Source: Acidobacteriota bacterium (lineage in GTDB: Bacteria; Acidobacteriota; Terriglobia; Terriglobales; Acidobacteriaceae). From it: 45,510 nt of DNA. Each line of letters starts with the position of its first letter. Position 1 is the stretch's first letter. The DNA is taken from contig JAJZDL010000001.1 of NCBI GenBank assembly GCA_021851465.1, positions 1-45,510 on the forward strand, written 5' to 3'. Positions 1 through 8,236 of this stretch are shown one piece after another. The translations under genes were made by a program, and so were the position numbers. The notes beneath the pieces are model-generated. The model saw only the letters and a list, made by a program, of their open reading frames with translations. It did no database searches and was not told where the DNA came from.

Positions 1-503
1 TTTGCCCGCACCGGCACGCCCCACCATCCGCCGTTCCGCAGGGCAAACGCATTCGCCGCGTCCGCCTGCGCCACCGCAATCTTCAGGCTCATCGGCAGCG
101 CCGTGCTCGGCCCGGTCGTCCTGTCCTGCGCAACGGTTCCGTGCGCGCTCCCCTGCGGCACCGGAATCCAGTTCATCGGGTCGCTCCGGCTGCTCAGGAA
201 CGTGCCGTCCTGTACCAGATCCCCATACAGTCCGCCCTCGTACGAGTAGTTGATCTCCTCGGTCATCAACCCGTACAGCGTCGGGCTCACCCGCGCCACA
301 TCCCTCCCCGCATCGATCGCCAGCCGCGCCGCCTGCGTCCCAGCCTTCGCACCGGCATTCGCCGGCGCACTCGTCTGTGCCGGAACCGCACCCTTTGCGC
401 CCGCCTGCGCCGAAACGCCCGCCTGCGCCAGCACCGCCATCGCGCCCAGCCATGCAGCCACGCCCAGCGCCGCCGTCAACTTCACCATTCGTCTCATGGT
501 CAT
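1..503 (-). CDS. Alpha-L-arabinofuranosidase (GH51), N-terminal part; runs off the window start
   Basis: Not in the ORF track because it has no stop in the window. Manual translation: MTMRRMVKLTAALGVAAWLGAMAVLAQ (signal peptide)...VSPTLYGLMTEEINYSYEGGLYGDLV...LRNGGWWGVPV, a typical GH51 N-terminus. SD AGGGGA lies just upstream. Confidence 0.8.
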   Translation of the reverse strand, partial: MTMRRMVKLTAALGVAAWLGAMAVLAQAGVSAQAGAKGAVPAQTSAPANAGAKAGTQAARLAIDAGRDVARVSPTLYGLMTEEINYSYEGGLYGDLVQDGTFLSSRSDPMNWIPVPQGSAHGTVAQDRTTGPSTALPMSLKIAVAQADAANAFALRNGGWWGVPVRA

Positions 504-540
504 TTCCCCTCGCAGAAACGATACCTCATTTGTATTGCGT

Positions 541-582
541 CGTCATTCTGGCGTAGCCAGAATCCCCGTATTTCGTCGTTGT
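541..582 (+). repeat. Family A palindromic repeat (GTCAT-hairpin-CCCCG(C/T)ATTT)
   Basis: CGTCATTCTGGC-GTA-GCCAGAATCCCCGTATTTCGTCGTTGT. The 17-bp tail at 566-582 recurs inverted at 15697-15713. Confidence 0.75.
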
Positions 583-609
583 CAGTTCTCCGTGGTTGTT
601 TGTATATGC

Positions 610-645
610 TGTCATCCTGAGCGGAGTCACGCAGTCGAAGGATCC
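610..645 (+). repeat. Family A palindromic repeat
   Basis: TGTCATCCTGAGCGGAGTCACGCAGTCGAAGGATCC; same ends as the copy at 44132-44196. Confidence 0.75.
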
Positions 646-705
646 AGATGAACTCCGGGCCTCCACAACGTTCCACCCCTTTCTTCCCACCAATCCGCAT
701 TACAC

Positions 706-756
706 CGGGTGCCGGGCGCCCCATCCATCGCGCAGTTATCTCTCACGATGAATGAG
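706..756 (-). repeat. Family B palindromic repeat (hairpin-TGGGGC(A/G)CCCG-CACCC), intergenic copy
   Basis: Minus strand reads CTCATTCATCGTG...CGCGATGGATGGGGCGCCCGGCACCCG; shares its terminal motif with copies inside mutS and the ABC-binding gene. Confidence 0.6.
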
Positions 757-807
757 ATGCACTGTACTTCTCCGTGCTACCATTTTCCGAATTCACAAAG
801 GACGCCA

Positions 808-1293
808 ATGACTCCCCTCTTCGCCCTCTGGCTCGCCCTGCTCCCTGCGTCGGCAACCACACCAGCCATACCGCCACCCAGCGAACCTCACGCCGCGCAG
901 CCCGCCCAACAGCCCGAACCGGTTGCGCCTGCCAGACCCTCCATCCCTAGTCCCAGCACCTCAACTGCACTCAAAGGCTCAGCAGGCGACATACCGCCGA
1001 TAATCCTCTACCAACCCGAACCGCAATTCACCAAAATTGCAAAAAAACAGAAGGTCTCCGGAATTGCTACCGTATCCCTCATCGTAGATACACTGGGAAA
1101 TCCCTTGAACGTACATATCGTAAAATCCATCGCAGACACCATAGACAAGAACAAAAAAGAGCAAGCAGCCGCGGTTTCACTCGACCAGGCCGCCGTTGAT
1201 ACGGTAAAGCAATACAAATTCAAACCCGCCATGATGAATGGCACTCCCGTCGCCGTCTATCTCAACGTCCAGGTCGACTTCCAGATCTACTAA
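808..1293 (+). CDS. TonB C-terminal domain protein (energy transducer TonB-like)
   Basis: Signal peptide, Pro-rich linker, then PEPQFTKIAKKQKVSG...LDQAAVDTVKQYKFKPAMMNGTPVAV...VDFQIY. ATG 808 is preferred over 709 (AAGGA upstream; extended -10 TGcTACCAT at 775-783). Confidence 0.8.
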   Translation: MTPLFALWLALLPASATTPAIPPPSEPHAAQPAQQPEPVAPARPSIPSPSTSTALKGSAGDIPPIILYQPEPQFTKIAKKQKVSGIATVSLIVDTLGNPLNVHIVKSIADTIDKNKKEQAAAVSLDQAAVDTVKQYKFKPAMMNGTPVAVYLNVQVDFQIY

Positions 1294-1358
1294 GCCAGTC
1301 GCCACGCACCCCAAAGTCTCGCTCCGCGAACCGCTGTGCGAAACTAATCCCACACCGC

Positions 1359-3839
1359 ATGGCCGACCTCACCGCGCTCCTCCACTCCACATTCGGCTTC
1401 CCCGCCTTCCGTCCCAACCAGGAGGCCGTCTGCCGCGCCGTCACCGAGGGCCGAGACGCTCTGCTCGTCATGCCCACCGGAGCAGGAAAGTCCCTCTGCT
1501 ACCAGCTTCCCGCCATCGCCCGCGGAGGCACCGCGCTCGTCGTCAGCCCCCTCATCGCGCTCATGGACGACCAGGCCGCCAAGCTCACCTCCCACGGCCT
1601 GCGCGTCGCCCGAATCCACTCCGGCCTCTCCCGCGACGAGGCTCGCGCCGCCTGCCGCGACTACCTCGACGGCACCCTCGACTTCCTCTTCATCGCGCCC
1701 GAGCGCATGCGCATCCCCGGCTTTCCCGAGATGCTCGCCCGCCGCAAGCCAACCCTCATCGCCATCGACGAGGCCCATTGCATCAGCGCCTGGGGGCACG
1801 ACTTCCGCCCCGATTACCGCACCCTCGGCGACCACCTCCCCGCCCTCCGCCCCGCGCCCATCCTCGCCCTCACAGCAACCGCCACCCCCACCGTCCAGAA
1901 AGACATCGTCGCCCAGCTCCACCTCGCAGACCCCGCACTCTTCATCCACGGCTTCCGCCGCACCAACCTCGCCATCGAAGCGGTCGAGATGTCCAAGCCG
2001 CGACGCCCCGAGTTCACCGTCAAGCTCCTCCAAAACCCCGCCGCGCGCCCAGCCATCGTCTACACGCCCTCGCGCCGCTCTGCCGAAGATCTCGCTGCCG
2101 GCCTCGCTCGACACTGCCCCGCCGCGGCATACCACGCCGGTCTCGACGCCGGCGTCCGCACGCGCGTCCAACGCGCCTTCCAAGCCGGAAAGATCGAGGT
2201 CGTCGTCGCCACCATCGCCTTCGGTATGGGCATCGACAAGGCAGACGTCCGCACCGTCGTCCACACCGCCCTGCCAGCCTCCGTCGAGGCCTTCTATCAG
2301 GAGATCGGTCGTGCCGGGCGCGACGGCCGGCCCAGCCGCGCCGTCCTCCTCTACAGCTTCGTGGACCGCAAAATTCACGAGTCCTTCCTCGATCGCGACT
2401 ACCCGCCCGCCAACGATCTCGCCCGCGTCGCCAAGGCCCTCACCGACGAGTTCCTCATGCCCGAGCCGCTCGCCCAGCGCCTCAAGATGGATCTCGCCGC
2501 CTTCACCAAGGCCGTCGAGAAGCTCGTCGCCCACGGTGCAGCGCAGCTCGACTTCGCAGGAAACGTCCGCCGCGCCGATGCCCCGCAGCACACCGCATCC
2601 ACCGAAACCTGGCGCTCCGCCTACGAAGCACAGGTCGCCTTCCGCCGCGACCAGATCGACCGCATGGCTGCCTTCGCCGAATCCAATCAATGCCGCATGA
2701 CCGCCATCGTCCGCCACTTCGGGGACACCGCGGACGCCGCCCGTCCCTGCGGCCTCTGCGACGTATGCTCGCCCGCCGCCGCCACCGCGCAGAGCTTCCG
2801 CCCGCCCACTGCCGAAGACCTCCGCCAGCTCGCCGCCATCCTGCAAGTGCTCGACGACACACCCAGACGCGCCACCTCCACCGGAAAGCTCTTCACCGCG
2901 CTCGCCGAAGGCCCCCTGCGCCGCACTCCCGCCGCCAAAGATCGCAAGCTCTTCGACTCGCTCCTCGACGCCCTCGCGCGCGCCGCGCTCATCACCCTCA
3001 CTCCCGACACCTTCACCAACTCCGAAGGCAACGTCATCACATACAAAAAAGCCACCCTCACCCACGAAGGCCACGAGGCCGCCGCCACCGGAAAAATCCA
3101 CGCCCCAGACATCCTGCTGCCGAACACCGACGAATCCAACACCCCAATCGCAAAGTCCAAGAAGTCGACGTCCATCAAAGCCACGCGCAAGACTGAGCGC
3201 GACCAAACGACCGCAGCCTATACTCCCGCGCAGCAGCAGCTCGACGAAGCTCTCCGCGCATGGCGCAAGGCCGAAGCCGCCAAAACCGGCAAGCCTGCCT
3301 TCATCGTCTTCGGCGACGCTGTTCTCCGCAATCTCGTTATAGCCAATCCGCAGACGGTCTCGGAACTGCTCGCCATCTCCGGCATCGGCCCCGACAAGTC
3401 CGACCAATTCGGCGCAGAGATCATCGCCATCTGCCGCGCAGTAATTTCCACTGAACCAGCCTCACCGCATCCTAATAATCTACCGTCAACCCGACCGGAG
3501 CGAAGCGAAGTGGAGGGACCTCCGCATTTTGCTCGCAGCGCCACCGATTCCGGCAGCGCCTCTACCCCCACCTTCCATCGCACTCGCCCAATCGTCGCCG
3601 ATCCCACCGCCGCGCTCTCGCCGGCCCAGCAACAACTCGACGCCGAGCTCCGCGCATGGCGCAAGGCCGAAGCCGAGCGCATCGGCCTGCCCCAGTTCTT
3701 CGTGCTCGGCTCCTCCGCGCTGCGCAGCATCGTCCTGCTCCGCCCCCGCACCGTCGCCCAGCTACAGTCCGTCTCCGGCATCGGCCCCGAGAAGACTGCA
3801 AAGTTCGGTGCCGCAATCCTCGCCCTCTGCAACGCATGA
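1359..3839 (+). CDS. recQ: ATP-dependent DNA helicase RecQ with two HRDC domains
   Basis: FGFPAFRPNQ, MPTGAGKSLCYQ, DEAHCISAWGHDFRP, ATIAFGMGIDK, QEIGRAGRDG, Zn motif CRM...CGLCDVC, and two LRAWRK...HRDC repeats. Confidence 0.95.
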   Translation: MADLTALLHSTFGFPAFRPNQEAVCRAVTEGRDALLVMPTGAGKSLCYQLPAIARGGTALVVSPLIALMDDQAAKLTSHGLRVARIHSGLSRDEARAACRDYLDGTLDFLFIAPERMRIPGFPEMLARRKPTLIAIDEAHCISAWGHDFRPDYRTLGDHLPALRPAPILALTATATPTVQKDIVAQLHLADPALFIHGFRRTNLAIEAVEMSKPRRPEFTVKLLQNPAARPAIVYTPSRRSAEDLAAGLARHCPAAAYHAGLDAGVRTRVQRAFQAGKIEVVVATIAFGMGIDKADVRTVVHTALPASVEAFYQEIGRAGRDGRPSRAVLLYSFVDRKIHESFLDRDYPPANDLARVAKALTDEFLMPEPLAQRLKMDLAAFTKAVEKLVAHGAAQLDFAGNVRRADAPQHTASTETWRSAYEAQVAFRRDQIDRMAAFAESNQCRMTAIVRHFGDTADAARPCGLCDVCSPAAATAQSFRPPTAEDLRQLAAILQVLDDTPRRATSTGKLFTALAEGPLRRTPAAKDRKLFDSLLDALARAALITLTPDTFTNSEGNVITYKKATLTHEGHEAAATGKIHAPDILLPNTDESNTPIAKSKKSTSIKATRKTERDQTTAAYTPAQQQLDEALRAWRKAEAAKTGKPAFIVFGDAVLRNLVIANPQTVSELLAISGIGPDKSDQFGAEIIAICRAVISTEPASPHPNNLPSTRPERSEVEGPPHFARSATDSGSASTPTFHRTRPIVADPTAALSPAQQQLDAELRAWRKAEAERIGLPQFFVLGSSALRSIVLLRPRTVAQLQSVSGIGPEKTAKFGAAILALCNA
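3484..3545 (+). repeat. Family A palindromic repeat embedded in-frame in recQ
   Basis: CGTCAACCCGACCGGAGCGAAGCGAAGTGGAGGGACCTCCGCATTTTGCTCGCAGCGCCACC encodes STRPERSEVEGPPHFARSAT between the HRDC domains. Confidence 0.75.
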
Positions 3840-4166
3840 CCCACCCGACAAAGCACTGAAGCACCGTCATCCCACCCAGCCCGCCGTCATCCCGAGTGAG
3901 CATCCCCCTCCCCTCCGTGCCAACGCAAGATGATTTTCCCTCAGCCATGAGTTGCCAGGGGAAGGTGTCGTTGCAGGCAGCTTGCAGGCGCTTGCCGCGA
4001 ACGCTGCCTTTGGTGTCCTTGTGATAGGGCTTTAGGGAACCCTCCATATCCCCATCTCATTCCTTCCACCCCATGCTGCATAGACCCGCTATGGTGCGTT
4101 TGCCCTGCCGGCCGATGACCGGGGGAACGCGAATTGCCGCACCTGCGGTATTCTGGCGGTTCGGCC

Positions 4167-7019
4167 ATGGCGAATGAGACGATGAGCGACGCAAGCGCGC
4201 AGACCCCGGTGATGCGGCAGTACTTTGCCGCCAAGGAGGCACATCCCGATTGTCTGATGCTCTGCCGCATCGGGGACTTCTACGAGCTTTTCTACGAGGA
4301 CGCAATCGTGGCCTCACGCGAGCTGCAACTGACCCTGACCGCGCGCGACCGCGAGAAGAAGCAGCCTATGTGTGGCGTTCCCTACCACGCCGCCGAGCAG
4401 TACATCCAGCGGCTGCTGCGCAAGGGCTACCGGGTGGCGCTGTGCGAGCAGATGGAAGACCCCAAGCTGACCAAGAAGATCGTGCGCCGCGAGGTGACGC
4501 GCGTTTTGACGCCGGGAACGGTGGTGGATGCCAGCCTGGGCGCGGAGCAGAGCAACTGGCTGGCCGGCATCGCAGCAAGTGGCGAGCGGAACCAGACGCG
4601 GGTGGGGTTGGCGTTGCTCGATCTCTCTACCGGGGAGTTTCGCGCGACGGAGTTTGCCGGAGCGACGGCGTGGGCGCTGTTGGCCGATGAGTTGGGACAG
4701 GTGCGCCCTGCGGAGCTGCTCCTCGCTGAAGGCGGGATTGGCATCAGCGGTGGTTCGAGCGGCCTGCTGCCCACCATTCACGAGGATGCGGCAAAGGATG
4801 GGGTCTCCGATGCCTTAACTTCGAGCAAAGATGAGAACGCGGTGTTCGAAGGCGTGCGGACGAAGACTGCGTTGGAGGACTGGGTCTTTACGGCGGAGTA
4901 CGCCGTCCCGTTGCTACACAGACAACTCGGCGTGCATTCGCTGGACGGCATGGGGCTGGGCGGGCATGAGACGGCGGCCGTGGCTGCAGGAGCACTCGTC
5001 CATTACTTACAGAAAACCATGCAGGGTGGTCTGGAACATATTGACACAATTCATTTTTATGAGCGAACGGAATGCCTTGTGCTGGATGCGGTAAGCGTGC
5101 GCAATCTGGAGCTGGTGGAGCCGCTATTCTCCGGCGAGTCGGCGCAGACGACGCTCTTCCATACGCTGGACGAATGCGCCACGCCGATGGGCAAGCGCCT
5201 GCTACGGGCGACGCTTCTGCGACCGGCGGCGACACTGGGTGAGATTGAGGCGCGGCTGGAAGCGGTGGGCGAGGCGGTGGGAGACCTGCGGGGGCGCGAG
5301 GCAGTGCGGCGAGCAATGAATGGTCTGCTCGACATGGAGCGGCTTCTGGGAAGGGTAGCGCTGGATTCCGCTGGACCGCGTGAGGTGATGGCGCTGGCCG
5401 GAACGCTGGCCTGCCTGCCGGGACTGCGGGATGCGGTGGGAAGTTTTAAAGCGAAGCGGTGGCGGGAGCTTTGGGGTGGTGGCGATCCTACCCACATCTC
5501 AGAATCGAGAGCTGGGGCATCCGCACCCAGTTCTGAGTCGGGCCCGTTATCCACAGCGATTTCCACAGGATTTGATGCGATGGAGGATCTGCGCGAGCGG
5601 ATCGTGAAGACGATTGCGGAGGAGCCTCCGGTGAGCTTTGCGGAGGGCGGGGTGATCCGCGCAGGGGTGGACGCGGAGCTGGATGAGCTGCGCGAACTGG
5701 GGCGCAGCGGGCGGCAGGCGCTGGCGGCGATCGAGGAGCGAGAGCGGCAGCGGACCGGGATCGGAAGCTTAAAAGTACGCTTCAACTCAGTCTTTGGATA
5801 TTACCTGGAAGTGACTAAGGCAAATAGTAGATCGGTTCCTTCAGACTACGAACGAAAGCAGACTCTGGTTAATGCGGAACGGTTTACGACGCCAGAGTTG
5901 AAGGAGTACGAGACGAAGATTCTGACCGCGCAGGAGCGTTCGGGAGAGATCGAGCGGCGGATCTTTGCGGAGTTGCGGCGTCGGTTGTTGGACGCGGCGG
6001 GCCGGATACGGGAGACGGCGCGCCGGGTGGCGGAGATTGACCTGCTGGCCTGTTTTGCACATCTCTCTGCGCTGCGAGGGTGGGTGCGGCCCCAGGTCGA
6101 GGAGTCGGGGGTGCTGGAGTTTGTGGCGGCGCGGCACCCCGTGGTGGAGCGGCGGATGGAGGAGTCGGGCGGTGGGCGGTTTGTGCCCAACTCAATCTCG
6201 CTGGAGGGTTGGAGTGGAGAGGGTTCGGCTGACTCCACAGGTGCGTCGATTGCGTTGATTACGGGACCGAATATGGGGGGCAAGAGCACCTATCTACGGC
6301 AGGCGGCCCTGCTTGTGGTGATGGCGCAGGTGGGATGTTTTGTGCCGGCGGAGCGGATGCGGCTGGGATTGGTGGATCGGATTTATACGCGGATCGGGGC
6401 CAGCGACAATGTGGCGCGTGGGCGGTCCACGTTCATGGTGGAGATGACGGAGACGGCTGCGATCCTGAACACTGCGACCGCGAAAAGTCTTGTTCTATTG
6501 GATGAGATGGGACGTGGAACTGCAACGTATGATGGACTTTCGCTCGCATGGGCTACCGTGGAACATCTGCACGAGAAGATCGGTTCGCGGACCCTGTTTG
6601 CGACCCATTATCACGAGCTGACGCTGCTGGAGGAGCGGCTGGCGCGGCTGAAGAACCTGCGCGTGACGGTGAAGGAGACACCGACGGGAATCGTCTTTTT
6701 GCACACGGTGGAAGCGGGAGCGGCGAGCAAGAGCTATGGCATCGAGGTGGCAAGGCTGGCGGGACTGCCGGGGGCTGTGATCGCGCGGGCGCGGGAGGTC
6801 CTGAAGCTGCATGAGCGGGCGGAGACGCAGCAGGTGGGTGCGGCGTTGACGCGCGGCGCGGGAGAGACGGCTGCCCCGGCGATCCAGATGACGATGTTTA
6901 CGCCCCTGTCGCAGAAGATTGTGGACCGGCTGGCGGAGGTGGATCTGGATGGACTGACCCCGAGGGAGGCACTGAATCTGTTGGCGGAGTTGCAGCGTGA
7001 GATGGGGGCTGGCTCGTGA
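4167..7019 (+). CDS. mutS: DNA mismatch repair protein MutS
   Basis: TPVMRQY, GDFYELF, ITGPNMGGKSTYLRQ, STFMVEM, DEMGRGT, FATHYHEL, SYGIEVARLAG, TPREAL. ATG 4167 is preferred over the TTG at 4134. Confidence 0.97.
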   Translation: MANETMSDASAQTPVMRQYFAAKEAHPDCLMLCRIGDFYELFYEDAIVASRELQLTLTARDREKKQPMCGVPYHAAEQYIQRLLRKGYRVALCEQMEDPKLTKKIVRREVTRVLTPGTVVDASLGAEQSNWLAGIAASGERNQTRVGLALLDLSTGEFRATEFAGATAWALLADELGQVRPAELLLAEGGIGISGGSSGLLPTIHEDAAKDGVSDALTSSKDENAVFEGVRTKTALEDWVFTAEYAVPLLHRQLGVHSLDGMGLGGHETAAVAAGALVHYLQKTMQGGLEHIDTIHFYERTECLVLDAVSVRNLELVEPLFSGESAQTTLFHTLDECATPMGKRLLRATLLRPAATLGEIEARLEAVGEAVGDLRGREAVRRAMNGLLDMERLLGRVALDSAGPREVMALAGTLACLPGLRDAVGSFKAKRWRELWGGGDPTHISESRAGASAPSSESGPLSTAISTGFDAMEDLRERIVKTIAEEPPVSFAEGGVIRAGVDAELDELRELGRSGRQALAAIEERERQRTGIGSLKVRFNSVFGYYLEVTKANSRSVPSDYERKQTLVNAERFTTPELKEYETKILTAQERSGEIERRIFAELRRRLLDAAGRIRETARRVAEIDLLACFAHLSALRGWVRPQVEESGVLEFVAARHPVVERRMEESGGGRFVPNSISLEGWSGEGSADSTGASIALITGPNMGGKSTYLRQAALLVVMAQVGCFVPAERMRLGLVDRIYTRIGASDNVARGRSTFMVEMTETAAILNTATAKSLVLLDEMGRGTATYDGLSLAWATVEHLHEKIGSRTLFATHYHELTLLEERLARLKNLRVTVKETPTGIVFLHTVEAGAASKSYGIEVARLAGLPGAVIARAREVLKLHERAETQQVGAALTRGAGETAAPAIQMTMFTPLSQKIVDRLAEVDLDGLTPREALNLLAELQREMGAGS
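4770..4809 (+). repeat. Degenerate family B repeat in-frame in mutS
   Basis: CCCACCATTCACGAGGATGCGGCAAAGGATGGGGTCTCCG resembles the 706-756 copy and lies in a non-conserved-looking loop (LLPTIHEDAAKDGVSD). Confidence 0.5.
5491..5528 (+). repeat. Family B repeat in-frame in mutS
   Basis: CCCACATCTCAGAATCGAGAGCTGGGGCATCCGCACCC; 31/38 identical to 8855-8892. Confidence 0.75.
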
Positions 7020-8236
7020 GAACCGTGAGAACAAAGACCGAAGCCAAGGCGATGGTGGTGGCGGGGGTGATGAGCGGAACGTCGGCGGATGGGGTCGATG
7101 TGGCAATCTGCCGGATTGCGCCGGGCGTGCGTGCGGGGGGTTCGCCGCGGGTGAGGCTGATTGGACTGCTGGAGACGAGCTACCCGAAGGCGGTGCGGAC
7201 AGCGGTGCTGCGCGTGATGGAGGGCGAGGCACTGACGGCGGCGGAGATCAGCCGGCTGAACTGGCGGCTTGGGCAAATCTACGCCGCTTGTGTGGAAGAC
7301 GCGGCGGCGAAGTTTGGGGTGAAGGTGGGACTGGTCGGGTGCCACGGGCAGACGGTACAGCATGAGACGCGGGCGGTGCGCTTCCTCGGCGCTGCGGTGC
7401 GATCGACGTGGCAGATGGGCGAGGCGGCGGTGATCGCAGAGCGGATGCGCTGCCCGGTGGTGAGCGACTTCCGACCGGCGGACCTGGCGACGGGCGGCGA
7501 GGGTGCGCCCTTGGTGCCGATGCTGGATTACTGTCTGTTTCGCTCGGCGAAGGTGGACCGTGTTCTGCTGAACCTGGGAGGGATTGCGAACCTGACGGCG
7601 ATTCCTGCGGGCGCGGGGCTGGATCGTGCGATGGCCTTCGATACCGGGCCGGGAAATATGGTCGTTGACCATTGCATGAGTGCGTTGTTTGGGAAGAAGT
7701 ACGACAGAGGCGGGGCGGGGTCGCGGCGCGGGCGGGTGCTGAGCGACGTGGCAGAGCGGCTGTTGCGGAAGACAAAATACTTCTCTCTGCTGCCGCCGAA
7801 GTCCTGCGGCCGGGAGGAGTTTGGCGCTGGATTTGCGGCGCGGCTGATTGGGCTGTGCCGTGCTGCGGGAGGAACGGATGAGGATTGTGTGGCGACGGCG
7901 ACGGCGCTGACGGCGGAGTCGGTGGTGGCGGCATACAGGAGCTTCGTGCGAGCGCATCTGGAAGCAGGCCCATCCGCCAAGGCTAAGACCGATCTGTGTG
8001 TTGCTGGGGGCGGGGCGCGGAATGAGACGCTGATGGCGATGCTGCGCACGGGGTTTGCGGAGCTGGGCGTGCGGGTGCGGGCGATGGAGGAGCTGGGCGT
8101 ACCGGCACAGGCCAAGGAGGGCATGGCGTTTGCGCTGCTGGCGTGGCTGACGTGGAACGGGCTGACGGGAAATGTTCCGGCGGCGACAGGAGCAGGACGG
8201 GCGGTGGTGCTGGGGAAGGTGAGCTGGCCGCGATGA
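7016..8236 (+). CDS. anmK: Anhydro-N-acetylmuramic acid kinase
   Basis: GVMSGTSADGVD, GCHGQTV, VSDFRPADLATGGEGAPLVP, LNLGGIANLT, FDTGPGN, PPKSCGREEF, GGGARN, AKEGMAFA. Start overlaps the mutS stop (GTGA). Confidence 0.95.
   Translation: MRTVRTKTEAKAMVVAGVMSGTSADGVDVAICRIAPGVRAGGSPRVRLIGLLETSYPKAVRTAVLRVMEGEALTAAEISRLNWRLGQIYAACVEDAAAKFGVKVGLVGCHGQTVQHETRAVRFLGAAVRSTWQMGEAAVIAERMRCPVVSDFRPADLATGGEGAPLVPMLDYCLFRSAKVDRVLLNLGGIANLTAIPAGAGLDRAMAFDTGPGNMVVDHCMSALFGKKYDRGGAGSRRGRVLSDVAERLLRKTKYFSLLPPKSCGREEFGAGFAARLIGLCRAAGGTDEDCVATATALTAESVVAAYRSFVRAHLEAGPSAKAKTDLCVAGGGARNETLMAMLRTGFAELGVRVRAMEELGVPAQAKEGMAFALLAWLTWNGLTGNVPAATGAGRAVVLGKVSWPR

Noticed and set aside
709-807. N-terminal extension of the TonB-like ORF from GTG 709
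   Set aside because: It translates a family B repeat and promoter DNA; the signal peptide begins at ATG 808.
3900-4166. oriC at the C-to-G skew switch
   Set aside because: No DnaA-box cluster or AT-rich unwinding element in the spacer, no dnaA/dnaN/gid genes, and the skew reverts after about 12 kb.
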